Assembly (NCBI GenBank): GCA_964234715.1
Contig: OZ174287.1
Direction: 5' to 3' (one strand)
Origin: Podarcis melisellensis
Taxonomy: Eukaryota
DNA length: 64,000 bases
Under the pieces are notes generated by a model. That model worked only from the letters and a program-made list of their open reading frames with translations, did no database searches and was not told where the DNA came from. The position numbers and the translations under genes are program-made. Of this stretch, positions 37,908 to 51,053 are shown one piece after another; position 1 is the stretch's first letter; every line of letters begins with the position of its first letter.

Positions 37908-40900
37908 CCGCAGCGGCCACCGGGACAAGCTGCTTGACCCCCACCCTCCCGGCTGACTGCTGCACACTTTGGTCTTTTTGCTCCCTGGGGCCTGCCTGGA
38001 CAAAACGTCTGAGGAGCAGGGTTGGGGCAAGGGGGTTGGGGAGCCATGGGACAGCAGGCCGCTGCAAGTGGTCTCTCCTCCCTCCCCCTCCACGGCACTC
38101 CGTGGGCTGCAGTTGGGCCCAAGGGGGGGTGGGCTTACACGTACTGTTCCATGCCAGCACGCTACCCTTCGTTCAACGGTTCCAGCAAAACAGGGTTCCA
38201 CTTTTGCAATGAAGACCCCCCCAATTTGCGGGACATTCCCCCCCCCCCTGGAGAGGCACAGATCATCTGATCCAGGAAGTTCTGGACTCTGCGGATAAAG
38301 ATCAACGAGCCAATCTAAAAGGACAGAAGCTCAAAATCTAGGAGCGAGACTTTACATACATATATATATCTATATATATATATATTAAAAGAAAACCCAA
38401 CTGATTACAGAAAAATTCACCTCCTATGTGGCACGCATCCCCCTCCCCCCTCGACACACACACACTCACCCTTGTCGTGCACACGTTATACACCTTCACT
38501 AAGGAGTTGCCTGCTTCTTGTTGCAGTGAAAATGAAGTGGTGTTTTTTCTTTTCTTCCCAGTTGAGTTTGCATTTCAGATGTTTCAGGGGAAAGGGTGTA
38601 ATGTTTTCTTGTTTTGTTTCCTGTTTTTTTATTTTATTGCTCCGTTTCCATCCTCGACTTGACCACCCAAAGTTAACCTTTCTCTCTTTACCCTGCCTTT
38701 CCCCACTCCTTGTCCACCCCCACCCCCCACATGCCTAAAAAAAAAAAATCCGACACCAGCAAATAATTAAAAAAGAAAGAGAGAGAGAAGTAAAATTAGT
38801 TCTTCAGGGTTTTTCTTCTACACATAGAAAGGAGGAGGAGGGAGAGAAGGATTCATTCATTTAAGAAAGAAGAAATATTATATATATAAATATATATAAA
38901 ATATATATAAATACATTTTAAAAGAAGACTTTGTAAAAGTTTGGAATTTGGAGGATTTCTAGGAGGGGTGTGTGGCAAGGAGGAGATCAGGGTGGTGGGA
39001 CACAGATTCTCCTACCGGCTGGGTCACAATTTTCTTTTAAAATGCTAACCCGTTTTCTCTAGCCACAGTTGAGCACTTTTAAAATCAGTGTGAGATAAAA
39101 GGTACTTAACTTTGGCTGGGTTTGTGTTGTTTGGCTATGGGCTTCTTTCAATGGACAGAACGTGTCTTCAAGAAGGCACTGAAAAGATTTGTGGAGGGAG
39201 AACAAGACTGGGTTATGAATGCTGTGACAGAAATTCTTTTGAGCAAAAGCCCTCCAGCTTTCTGAGGTAGGGGTGTCAAAAAAAACCCAAACTCAGCATT
39301 GTGCACTGTTTCACATTTTCACTAACCAAAAAGAACCACCCCAACAACAACCGCCCTTAAATCTTAAGACTCCCTTTTATAAGAATTGTCACAGAGCATT
39401 TTGTGAGAGGAAATATCTCTCAGTTCCTTGGGCTCTTTTCACTTTGTTCTTTTCTGGGAAGAATAGTTTTTGCCTGTCCCACTTTTTTTAAGGGCAGGAG
39501 GGATAAAAGCCAGTTGGGACTTTTAAAGAGCCAGTTCTAGAGCCTTACACAATCCCAGTGAAAAGTGCGGGTCCTTTTCCCTCTTCTTTACCCTTGTGCC
39601 ATATCACAAACCACTTGCCATCACACCTGGGTAAAGGCAGGGTGGATGTTGGGCTGCTTTTCAAGAAGAGCAGCGCTAATTCTGCCATGCTATGCCCAGG
39701 GTTAGCTCCCATTGGACTCAGTGGGATTTACCTTTGAGTAGACACAGCATTGTACTGTAAGGCTGTTGTTCTATGTACCTGGAATCGAGCCCCATTGGCC
39801 TCAGTCACACTTATTTCTGAGTAGATGTGTATAGGACAGCTATCTAAAAGAACAGATGTCCTGCTGCTCAGAATTAAGTCCTACTGGGTTGAGCTGGACT
39901 TGAACCCAGGTCACCGGGTACAGAATGGCAGCCCTCAGACCTTTGGGGTTTGTAGAACTAGTTCCAAGCTGCTTTGGATCCTGGCCAAGAAGTTTAAGAC
40001 GAACGGCAAGGAAAACTCCCGATTTATCTGTAGATTCAAAACACAAATCACCACCACACTTAAGAGGAAAGAAAAATGTGACTGGCACCATGTACTGGGG
40101 TAAGGATGAGGGATTTGGGTGGGGGAACGGAGAAGGGCCCACACACAAATTTATTATTGATTTTTGTGTCTTTGAATCTACAAACATAAAATCGGGGTGA
40201 GAGTTGAAGCAAGAACACACCCACCCGAGTGCTCCTTCCTCAGTTCAAAGGACATGTGCTGCGCACCTCTCAGATATGTATATAAAGCTGTTATTTCATA
40301 TAAAAAAAGATACCTGTGAGCTTAAATCCTCCCAAAATTTCTGCATTTGGTTGGGGGGCAGTGGTAAGTGTGTGAGAAAGAAACCAAATTATTTGCTTAT
40401 TTATTTAAACAGATAGCTGTTTTCTGAAAGTAAGTTAAGTAATGCTCAGCCAATGCTTAAATGGCCTTTTTTATAAATAAAAAGGTGGGGGTTAGCTAAG
40501 GCCGTCAAATTAATTGTGGTTGTTCAGTAGAAGCTCCATACACTGAACCAGTGTATATCTGAATGACAGCTGCCAGGGACAATTAACGGGGGGTATGGGG
40601 TGTGGAAAGCTTCAGGCCTTGCTTACAAACTTTCAGAAGAATCTGTAAAAACAGAACACTGGACTAAACTTGATGTGAGCCCACAACACAATTTTTGCAT
40701 CCACCAAAAGCCTTGTTCTAGCCCTGGTATGGCCACATCTGGAATGCTGTGTGCGGTTCAACTCAATTCAGGAAAGATGTTGGCAAGACGGGAAACGAGA
40801 AAATATATAAAGAAATGACGACGACAACAACAAATTAAGTGTGCTAGGGAAGCTGGACCCCTCCAGGTTGTTGTTAGACATCTGCTCCCATCTAACAAAT

Positions 40901-42064
40901 ACCGAGGGCGCACGAGACCGCCCCCCCCCGCCCCCCAGAAAGAAAAATTGTATGTTGCCAAAACTATTATGTAGACTTTGCAGTCTCAAGAAAACAGGCC
41001 TCTAGTCCTTCCATCTGTGTATATGGAGGGAAAGGTGCTGTTGGAAGAAACACCCTGACAACACGATATCGCTGCTGAAACAGACAGACAGGTGTGAGTG
41101 CCTGTGGTATTTTAAGAGAGTGGCTTATATTCGGGTATTGTCTTTTTTCCCTCTCCCCCCGCCCTTGAATTTTAAAAGGTGTGGCTTATATTCGGTATAA
41201 ATATTTTTGCTCCAGTACAACCTGAGTTCTGTGTCCCAGCCCCCTGGGAATTGCATTAGGTCTGCTTGAGAACACTGACATCCCACTCTGCTTTACACAC
41301 ATCCAGCCCCAAATACTAGACACTGGGTCACTGCCAGCTGAGTTTTAAATTGAGTGTTCATCCCGAGTTGTTTGCACAAAGCTTGCAAGGAGGTTAGCCA
41401 GCTAGTTAACCAGCATGCAGATCACTTTGCAGGGAGGTTAGCCAATGCATCAAGCAATTGTTGCTTTCCAGTGCATCTCCCGAAGGGAAGAAGCAGATTT
41501 CGCTGCAGGAGAGCACCAGATCATGTGTAAGTAGGTGCACAACACAACCTGAATCTGCCGGTATGCGATTGAATCCCACCCCAAAATAGGTAATGGCCCG
41601 AAAGCATCCTGGCTAGGCTCCTGCTGAGAGTAAGTGCTCCTTGACACAACTCCTCACTGTGCATTACAAACTGACTGACTGCCACCCTGGGATCCTATGG
41701 AAGCTTTCCTCAGCAATGGCACCTATTTGCCTAAAGCGAATTCTGCCCCCAAGTGGAGCATTGAGCAAAGAAGGAAGAGCAGAGCAGTGATGGCTCGAGG
41801 CGAAGTGGACTGACAGGTGAGGAAGAGGGAGGCCGATCGAGGCAGAGGAGCCTGAGCAAAAGGGCTGGATGGGAGGAATCCAGTTAGAATGAGGCAAAAA
41901 GGAAAAGTGGGATGAGTAAGGGTGGAGCGTGGCTGATTATGCATTGCCAAGAAAGGAGGACACAAATTTGCATTAAATGCTCTGTGAGTATTGTTATGTA
42001 CAGATGTAATTTTTGGTAATAATTATTGTAATAAGTCAGGGGTGGTAGAGCTGTGGCACTAGAT

Positions 42065-42363
42065 CAGGCATGTTCAAAGTCTGTTTCGGGGGCCTAATCT
42101 GGCCTGTCCGTTGATTTAATCCGGCCCCTGTGGCAGTATATGTTCTGGGGTAAAATCCTAAAAGAAACGCAACAAATTGGGGGTTAAATCCTTTAAAAAG
42201 CTAAACAACTTTGAGGTAAACTTCAATTCTAAGAAAGCTCAACAACTTTGGGGTATAATTGTAAAAAAAAAAGCTAAACAAAAAAAGCTCAACAACCTTG
42301 GTCGGCCCTCACACATGTTCACTTCATCAAATCTGGCCCTTTCTGAAAAAGATTTGGGCACCC
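42065..42363. mobile_element. Degenerate hAT MITE with internal repeats of about 33 bp
   Basis: caggcatgttcaaa...tttgggcaccc ends. TSD cactagat/cgctaggt. About four diverged copies of tggggtaaaatcctaaaaaagctcaacaact. Confidence 0.6.
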
Positions 42364-43409
42364 CGCTAGGTGCTGCTGGTCTCCAGTTTCCATCAGCCTT
42401 GTCCAGCACAGACCATGATTGAGGATCAGGGTGGTTGTCATGCGGCAACGGCATACAGAAGGCTACAGCTTCCTCACCCTTGGAAAGGCACTCCTGTACA
42501 ACTCTTGCCATCGCCGGGAAGAATGCAACCATGTGGCCTGTTCGCCAGCTCAGTCTGCTGCCCAGGTACAAACTGGTACAGCCCCTGCTCTCCCTTCTTA
42601 AGATTTCTTTGCCCTTTGAAATAGAGGACTTCTTCAAACAGATTTGCAAAGTAGGACACTCTGCCATTTCAGAGGTCTTGACCACTGGAGAGGAATAAAA
42701 AGCCTTGTGGGGTGGAGGTTGTCTAGAAAGAGGGGACAGGATGAGGATTGTGTTCACCTTGGAAAAGGTGAGGTGGCTCATGAAGTTCTAGAGGACCAGA
42801 GCTGACACTGTTCACCCCAGCTAATAGGATCTGGCTGTGAGGACGCTGAGCAGATTGATCCCATTAGTAAGTGGAAGAGATCAAGAAGCCCTTCACAGCC
42901 TCACCAGAAGAGCTCAGGGGCACTTTAAAGTACAAACACATTAACCTGTGACCTAAATTTTCATAAACGTCCTGAAAGGTGCAAAGCAATCTGGGAAAGT
43001 GGCGACTGGGGCGAGATTTGAATCAAGGGCTTCCTCGGGATCAGCTACACTAGCTGACTCTTGCATTCAAATGTGTCGTGCATAAGCATTCTCTGTGCAC
43101 GGCCGGTGAATGATCTCAATAAGTTGAAGTCCCGCCACCACTCAAAAATGAATAAATCATTCCTTACTTGCTGGCATCAGCCTGCAAGCATCCATGCAGC
43201 AGAACATTGGGTACCCAATGTGGCTAACTATATGTTTTATTGTTTGAGGATACATCCTATACATGTGTCCCAAACAACTCTCTCTTTTGAGAGTGAGTGT
43301 GAAATACATAATGGCAACCTGAGAGGTGCTGGAACGGAGTTCCTGCTGCAAAAAAAGGCCTGCTCCTACCTACTTTACACTTTATGCATTGGCAAAGGAG
43401 GCGCTAGAC

Positions 43410-43545
43410 CAGGCTTCCTCAACCTTGGCCCTCCAGATGTTTTGAGACTACAATTCCCACCATCCCTGACCACTGGTCCTGCTAGCTAGGGATCATGGGA
43501 GTTATAGGCCAAAAACATCTGGAGGGCCGAGGTTGAGGAAGCCTG
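43410..43545. mobile_element. 136-bp hAT MITE
   Basis: Same core. TSD cgctagac/tgctagac. Confidence 0.9.
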
Positions 43546-43692
43546 TGCTAGACTTTAGCAAACAAAACCTTGGCTGACCATGAATTTACTAGGCTTAACA
43601 ACAGAGAAGCAAAACTGTGCTGCCTTTCCAACCAAATTGCTCAAGGTGGTTCACCCTAATACTATTATCATATATATATTGTGGCTGAGAAC

Positions 43693-44074
43693 AGGGGTGC
43701 AGAGGGCGCTGTGGTCTAAACCACTGAGCTTCTTGGGCTTGCTGATCAGAAGGTTGGTGGTTTGAATCCCCGCAACAAGGTGAAGCTCCCGTTGCTCAGT
43801 CCCAGCTCCTGCCAACCTAGAAGTTTGAAAGCACGCCAGTGCAAGTAGATAAATAGGTACTGCTGCAGCGGGAAGGTAAACAGTGTTTCTTTGCACTCTG
43901 GCACTTGTCATGGTGTCCCGTTGCACCAGAAGCGGTTTAGTCACGCTGGCCACATGACCCAGAAAGTTGTCTGTGGACAAACACTGGTCCCCTCGGCCTG
44001 AAAGCGAGATGAGCGCCACACTCCATAATCGACTTCGACTGGACTTAACTGTCCAGGGGTCCTTTACCTTTACC
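43693..44074 (+). mobile_element. Sauria SINE, second (more diverged) subfamily
   Basis: Same architecture, including the gcaagtagataaataggtac core and cctttacctttacc tail. TSD attgtggctg at 43678-43687 and 44075-44084. Confidence 0.88.
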
Positions 44075-44186
44075 ATTGTGGCTGGTGGATGCCCCCTAAC
44101 TCCTGTCCCCTAACTCCTATCACCAGCTCACCAACCTTCTGTCTGCTATAGAAGGAGGGGCTTTCTTGACTTTACCAGTCCAGGTA

Positions 44187-44325
44187 TAACAACAACAACA
44201 ACAACAATAATTTATTATTTATACCCCCCCCCCCCATCAGGCTGAGTTTCCCCAGCCACTCTGGGCGGCTCCCAATTGAGTGTTAAGAACAGTACAGCAT
44301 TAAATATTAAAAACTTCCCTAAACA
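44187..44325 (-). mobile_element. L2 3' terminal fragment
   Basis: tttccccagccactctgggcggctcc...aaaacttccctaaacagg is the reverse complement of the L2 3' UTR. Confidence 0.75.
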
Positions 44326-45887
44326 GGTAGTGGGGCAAATCTCTCCGCACTTCTCCGACTCAGAAAAGTTTTGGACGACAACTCCCATATCACCCCTGAC
44401 CATTGGTCACATTGGCCAGTATTGCTGAGAGCTGCAGGCCACAACACCTGGAAGACTAAATGATTGTGTTATAAACTTATGAATCCACCTTATTATCAGT
44501 CAGTCTGTACTGGTCTAGCAATGCACAGCAAGCTCTTATATCGTCCACCCGGACCAATAGCAGCTTTCCAATTTTTTTGGGTGGATGGGGCCTACCTAGA
44601 GATCCTGGGGATTGAACTTGGGATCTTCAGCCTGCAAAGCAGATGCTCTTATCACTAGGCTACGGCCCTCCCCACAGTTGAAAGTGCAGGGTCTTTCGAC
44701 ATTCTACTACCACAATTTGTTTTTGGAGATGCTACTTGCGCCACTAAGCTGCCTTCTTGTTGGTGTTTCACACACTACTCGTCGGAAGTTAGTTGCATGT
44801 TGTTGTTTCTTGAAGCAGATATGTGAAGTGCCATTTGTGTGCATGCAAATATTACCAAGTACTGTACTGTAATAGGAAAGCCTTTCTTTGAGGCAGAAAC
44901 TTTCAGTTCTGGCCACCAGATGTCAGCAGAGGGCCACTGCAAACCATGCATTTGCAATGAGAGTAATAAAAGAGGGGTCACATTTCCTATGAGGGAAGGG
45001 GAAAGTGTCAGTTGGGTTGAGATCCCCTATGGAGGATTGCTGAGGAACAGGAAGAAGTGCCAGGGGGGTTGAAGGTTCAGGGTGCTCAAAGGCAATGAGG
45101 CTGAAAGAAGGATGAGGGGTAGGCAATAGACTGAGAAACAGATACCTGAAGGTAGTGCAGGTAGAAGACAAGACAATGAGGCAGGGAACTGGGAAGGCAT
45201 GGTCTGATCAAAGGATGATGGCAGCATCAATTAAGAAACCTCAACATACACTTACAGCTCTTATGGTCTTACATTCAGAGCAATTGAGAGGTAAAAAGAC
45301 AGGTTCTAGGACAGACCACTGAGGGAGCATGTAGGCCGAAAAGGAAAGAAGATTGGTCTGACAGAAATCCATAAAGAAACCTATCACATCTCGGGTTGCA
45401 GGCTGGCTGGGTGCAAAATCACCCTTAATTTCATCTGCAAATCACATTTTCTCTTGGGGTGTGTGCATGCTATACCATTAAAGCACATTCGAAAGGCAAC
45501 CCCCCCGGGCAACCCCCCCTGGGCCCTGTTAGGGGTTTTCTGAGAATGGTAATGGGGGGGGGGGTAAACTACAATGCCCAGAATTGTGTGAGGGAAAGAA
45601 TGTGCTTCAAATGTGCTTTGAAGGTATAGTCAGTTTAGTGGCCTGGGGTTGTGGGTAGGTCGAAGATGCCTTTCTCCTTCCACAGAAAGGTCCTTATCTT
45701 CCACATCCTAGAACTGCCCAATCAGTGCAAAGGGGAAGCTTTTTAGCCACTGCAGCCTCTAAAGCGAGGCATTTAGCAAAACTCAAAACACACTGTGCTT
45801 CTGTTTTAAAAAACACACACACCAAAAAACGGGGGCAAGTTCTGTTAAGTACAATGGAACTTCATAGTAAACACCACTTGAGATTGC

Positions 45888-46096
45888 GACTAAACAATAG
45901 GAGAAACTGTCTGATTGTAAGAGTTGTTTGACAGTGGAAAGAACTCTTTTGGGAGGAGGTGGACTCTCCTTGGCAGTTTTTAAGCAGAGACCAAATGGCC
46001 ATCTGTCATGGATACATTAGTTGAGATTCCTGCATTGCAGGGGGTTGGACTAGATGGCCCTGGGGTCCCTTCCAACTCTACAATTCTACAATTCTA
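45888..46096 (+). mobile_element. CR1 LINE 3' end
   Basis: Typical CR1 terminus ggttggactagatggccctggggtcccttccaactctacaattctacaattcta with an octamer tail. Confidence 0.8.
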
Positions 46097-46889
46097 TAAA
46101 GCACGAAAGATGCAGTCCAGATCATTTGCCCGTCTATGTGCATCGAAAATAGATCTAGCTGAAATGCACACATGGATACAGATAGCTGCAATACATCCCT
46201 GATGATTATTACTGTATTATAAGATCACCATATTATCTTATAGGATTGTATAATTTGAGAAGGGACGTGGCAGTGAGGGGCTGTGGCTGTGACTTTCACG
46301 AAGGTACCCTGAGCTTCTGAATTTGCCAATAGACCCCTGTGTCTACACAAAGCCTCGAGGGCAAGAAAGAAGGGGTTAATGGGGAGAGGTGGAAGGAGAA
46401 TGGGAAGAGGCTCCACATCCCTCCCTGTTTTTGTTTTTCTTTCTCTCCTCTTTTTTTCCAGCCCCCTCTGTAGCCAGGGTCCCATCCCATCCGCAGCAGG
46501 AAGCAGGTGATAACAAGTATTCTTGGCCCCAGGCCACCAGCCTCTCCCCCACCACACTAGAGTGGACGCCACTGCAAGCCCCTGGGCAGATCCCATCTGA
46601 GCAGAGCCCAAAGCGTAAGGAGAGAGAGAAAGAAGAGGAATTATTTCTTACTAGAGAAACAAAGCTGCTCCCTTTGCCGCTTGAGATTCAGAGCCACCCA
46701 ACCTCTTGATCTGCAAGCTCTCCAACTCATCCTTTTGCCTGTCGAAACAGTGAAACAAGCTACAAGATCCAAGGTTTATATCCAAGAGACTATGTCAACT
46801 TTGCAACCATTTGCAACGCATCCCGTTAATGGGTAGAAACAATCCATGTAACAGTGATAGGTGCCATATGACATCATCCTGCAACTATA

Positions 46890-47266
46890 AAGGGTGGTGC
46901 TGTGGTCTAAACCACTGAGCCTCTTGAGCTTACCGATCGGAAGGTTCGCGGTTCAAATCCCTAAGACAATGGTGAGCTCCTGTTACTCTGTCCCGGCTCC
47001 TGCCAACCTAGCAGTTCAAAAACACGCCAGTGCAAGTAGATAAATAGGTACTGTTGTGGCGGGAAGGTAAACGGTGTTTCCGTACACTCTGGTTTCCATC
47101 ATGGTGTTCCATTGCGCCAGAAGCGGTTTAGCCATGCTGGCCACACGACCCTGAAAGCTGTCTGTGGACAAACACCAGCTCCCTTGACCTGAAAGCGAGA
47201 TGAGTGCTGTACCCCATAGTCACCTTTGAGTGGACTCAACCGTCCAGGGGTCCTTTACTTTTACCT
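46890..47266 (+). mobile_element. Sauria SINE, second subfamily
   Basis: Similar to the 43693 copy. TSD atcctgcaac at 46876-46885 and 47271-47280. Confidence 0.88.
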
Positions 47267-48554
47267 AGCTATCCTGCAACAGACAGCTCTTTCCCCTCAT
47301 CAGTCAGCCAGGGCTTAATATTTGCAAAGGCTCATACGTCCCAAGAGCAGGCCTCAAGACACTGCAGCCTCTGAGCAAGTTCAGCATGGCTCCCCATAGG
47401 GCTATCTCCTCAGGTGCCGTCGCTGCCTCCTCTTCGACACCTGATGAAAACATTTCTGTTTCAGTTGAGCCCATCCAGACACGCCATTTGATTACATCTG
47501 GTCTTTTGCTTTGAGCATTTTAACATTTTCAGCTGTGGTTGTTTTTTTTAGTTTTAAAATGTTTTAAATCCTTTTTTGTTTTATTTTTAACTGCAGTTTT
47601 GGTCATATAAGTGTTTGCCGCCCTGGGCTTGTTTGGGAGGGAGGGATATCTGTTTTATTAATGCATTTCCAAGAAGCATCCTGATAAGGTTAGGCCCCTC
47701 TACACGATCCTCATCTAGGAACTGATGGAACTTTATCATTCTGGTTTCCCTCCGATTCTTTATTTTCCCAGTTTTGTGTCCACTTCTCTACATTTCCTCA
47801 CAGGTTTGCATTTTTTAAAGTCCTCATGAAGATTCAAACTTCTCCTAATGTGCACAATATACACATTATTGCAAAGTAATCCCCACTAATACAGGGTTGT
47901 TGTGTGTGTTATTTTCACAGTTATATGCATTTTAAAGCACAGTTTACCCTAGTATATGCAGTTTTGCACACCTTACCTGGCTAGAGTAAAAATCCACAGA
48001 AATGTTTTCGTTCACAAGATTCAGGTCTAAATATGAACTGAATTGAATTTTTTCCCTCTTCCTTCACTCATCCACATGATTTTGTGGGGGTGTTTTTTTG
48101 TTTTTGTTTTTTAAAGAGGCAGTGGATTCCTCGCCCAAAGGACAGCAGCAAACTAAGCTCTAAGAAAAGCTTGATGCCTTCATACACCTGAGAGTTTAAA
48201 GGCTTCAGGGAGGGTTCCTGGGGTGCTCAGAGATCCCGAGATCCTGGAGACTGCACAGGCTGAGGCTTGGGTCTCAGACTGAGGAAACTATATTGAATCT
48301 CCAGTGGTGGAGCTACTGTTATAAGGGGGGAATTCTCTCTCTATTTCAAAAACAATTGGACAGGGAAATATGGTCCCAAGAGAGGAGCTGGAGGAGGAAC
48401 ATTTGCCATGGGAAATGTTAAAAATAGTCTGGATAAAAATCTTTCCGGGCAGGGAGAGTGTTTTGATACAACACACCCAAGGGTTTTGGCTCCAGGGACA
48501 TCTCCCTGTCTGATGGGAGCCATACTTAATTCTGGTAATGTTAACAGTTTATGT

Positions 48555-48642
48555 CATAGCTGTCAACTTTTCCCTTTTCTTTTGAGGAATCCTATTTGGA
48601 ATAAGGGAATTTCCCTTAAAAAGGGAAACGTTGACAGCTATG
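48555..48642. mobile_element. 88-bp MITE (hAT-like)
   Basis: Perfect 13-bp TIR CATAGCTGTCAAC/GTTGACAGCTATG. Flanks gtttatgt/ctttatat (6/8). Confidence 0.7.
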
Positions 48643-49388
48643 CTTTATATGAAAGCCTGCTAGGTAAAGGTAAAAGCTTCTGTACACCATGCCTCTCTAA
48701 CCTCTGCCCAGGCAAGCAAGAGGCATTAACAGAGATCAAGGGCACATTCCAGCCAGGCAAAAAACCACACCCAAGGAGGGTGTGAATCAGGGCCAATGAG
48801 GGATGTGGCTGGGGAGGAGGTGTGGCCTGGGAAGAAACTCAAGGGCCAGGCAGAGAGACTTGGAGGGCCTGAGGTTTCCCACCCCCAATTTTACACCACA
48901 CTTTTCTGTCTTTCTGATGTCTGGTTCTGTTGGGATAGCTCATTCTGCCTGGCCAAATGGGATGGAAAGTTATTTAATGCTAAAGACACTGGCAAGCTCC
49001 TGGAAGACGGAAGCACAACCTATGCAGGTATGGTTCTTAGTCACATGACTGTCCCACCTTTCGCTCTGACACAGCAAAGGACCCACCACCTGATGACTGC
49101 CTCTTTCCTGGAAGGCATAGCATCCCTACCCTGTGTGAGTGACCGTCAAAATGCCAGCTATCCCACCTCTTGCTTCAGCAGAATGCCCTGGGGACAGTCT
49201 CCTGAATGGATCAATTCTTCCTACGAAGAGATTTACAGACCCTCCTGGCCTCAAGAGCTGCATCCCAGCCAAATCAATGTACCTGGCATCCATCTAATTG
49301 TTTTCAACTAACTAAAACCGAGTTCTTTTCTCTCTTTCAGAACACACAGTGGCTCGATGGTTTTCTTAACAAGAAAAAGGAATCCCCT

Positions 49389-49394
49389 TTTATT
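49389..49394 (-). terminator. Candidate GJD3 polyadenylation signal (AATAAA)
   Basis: First minus-strand AATAAA I found downstream of the GJD3 stop (about 740 nt), followed by U-rich sequence. Confidence 0.5.
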
Positions 49395-49642
49395 GCAATC
49401 TCCCCGCCAACGATCGGTCCAAGCCCAACAGCATCCCCAATTGCATCTGACATCACACTTCTGTATAGTTAGGTTTGCTGCCAAATCTTTGGCCAATTCA
49501 AGCAGGAGTTGCTCATCTGGACAAGAGTTTTGTTCATTGTCGGAAAAGTCATTGTCTCCCCACTTCCACTCCTTCCAATACGTGTAGCTTCCTGACTCAT
49601 TTCTTAGGGGTTTCAAGCCCATGCATCCTTTGGAACACACTA

Positions 49643-49887
49643 CAGTCATACCTCGGGTAACAGATCTTTCAGGTTGCGTTTTTTTGGGTTATGGACGCGC
49701 CGAAACCTGGAAGTACCGGAATGGGTTACTTCCAGGTTTTGGCGGTCGCGCATGCACAGAAGCACTAGATCGTGCTTTGTGCATGCACAGAAGCACCAAA
49801 TCGCAACCCACGCATGCGCAGACGTGGCGCTGTGGGTTGTGCACGTGCCTCCCGCACGGATCACATTCGCAACCCGAGCGTCCACTG
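49643..49887. mobile_element. Tigger-like MITE family B in the putative GJD3 3' UTR
   Basis: TA TSDs. Aligns to the 11809 copy. Confidence 0.85.
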
Positions 49888-50133
49888 TATAAATGAAAGA
49901 TGCCAGCCAAGCCCACCCCAATTCCCCGAAACATACATGAAAGCAAAGCACGAATCCCCAAAGATTGCAGCAGGTCTCCTTTACAAGCTAGAACAGATGA
50001 TCCAATATCAGGTCTGTGCTATTAATTTGGGCCAGGCTGCAAACAGTTCACGGGTGCGATTATTCCAGCCGGAGGAGTCCAGCTCATCCAGGGAACAAGC
50101 AGCGAGGCAGACGAGAGAGGGAGCTCCCTGGCC

Positions 50134-51051
50134 TCACACGGTCAAATCAGCTCTGGCAGAAGAAGAGCGAGAGGACCGGCTGCTCTTCGTGGAACTCTTA
50201 TGGTGGAAGTGAGCCTTGGGCTCATAGTGACTGGGAATCCCGCCATGAGAAGGCATCCCATTGGCGCCTCCCTCTGCCGGGGCCAGGAAGTGCTGCGATT
50301 TCTTCTCTTGCTTCTGATTGGACCAGTTGTCCTGCTGTTCGTAAGAGGCAGTGGTGGGTGGGGCAATCGTACGGCGCCTCCTGCAGCGGTTCTTGAACAA
50401 GAGGTGGGCCAGCTCCACCAAGCTGAGCAAGGCTGAAACCAGCCCCACCATGAAGTAGAACTGGATGAAGATGGTCTTCTCGGTTGGCCGAGAGACAAAG
50501 CAGTCGATGAGGTGAGGGCACAGGTGATGCTTGCAGATGTACTGATAGCCCACCTGGAAGCCATATAACATCCACTGTCCGACCAGGAAGCCTATCTCAG
50601 CCAAGATCCTCACCACCACATTGACAATGTAGAAGGTCTTGATGTTTTGGCTGCGCTGGCTGGGCTGAGGCCCAAATTTTGCGGGCGCCTTTCCCCCCAC
50701 CCGGCTGGCTTCCTCCTCTCCCGTTTCCATCTCCTTCTGGTTGATCTTCGTGGTCTGGTGCATGGAGTAGATGACAAAGAGGACCGCCGGGGCAGAGAGC
50801 ACCACAATGTGGAAGACCCAGAAGCGGTAGTGGGAGATGGGGAAGGCCAAGTCGTAGCAGATCTGCTTGCAGCCAACCTGCCGCGTGTTGCACTCAAACT
50901 CCTCCTGCTCGTCGTCGAAGACGTCGCTGCCCACCGTGGCCAGGATCAGGATGCGGAAGATGAGCATCACCACCAGCCAGAAGCGGCCCACCATGGGAGA
51001 GTGCTCCTGCACTGCGTCCAGAAGGGAGCTCAAGAACCCCCACTCACCCAT
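50134..51051 (-). CDS. GJD3: Gap junction delta-3 protein (Cx31.9/Cx30.2 orthologue), 305 aa, single coding exon
   Basis: N-terminus MGEWGFLSSLLDAVQEHSPMVGRFWLVVMLIFRIL resembles human GJD3. Four TM segments. EL1 C-x6-C-x3-C and EL2 C-x4-C-x5-C. Contains SRPTEK. gccATGG Kozak context. Lies between RARA and TOP2A on the minus strand, as in mammals. Confidence 0.93.
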   Translation of the reverse strand: MGEWGFLSSLLDAVQEHSPMVGRFWLVVMLIFRILILATVGSDVFDDEQEEFECNTRQVGCKQICYDLAFPISHYRFWVFHIVVLSAPAVLFVIYSMHQTTKINQKEMETGEEEASRVGGKAPAKFGPQPSQRSQNIKTFYIVNVVVRILAEIGFLVGQWMLYGFQVGYQYICKHHLCPHLIDCFVSRPTEKTIFIQFYFMVGLVSALLSLVELAHLLFKNRCRRRRTIAPPTTASYEQQDNWSNQKQEKKSQHFLAPAEGGANGMPSHGGIPSHYEPKAHFHHKSSTKSSRSSRSSSARADLTV

Positions 51052-51053
51052 GG

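Noticed and set aside
37499-38212. Long overlapping ORFs on both strands around RARA exon 9
   Set aside because: Expected from GC-rich coding and UTR sequence; only the RARA frame has recognisable homology.
40476-40481. AATAAA as the RARA poly(A) signal
   Set aside because: Plausible, about 2.6 kb after the stop, but ATTAAA variants also occur (near 38385 and 41972) and I cannot choose between them without transcript data.
42140-42300. Regularly spaced repeats resembling a CRISPR array
   Set aside because: Eukaryotic context, degenerate tandem units without unique spacers, located inside a MITE.
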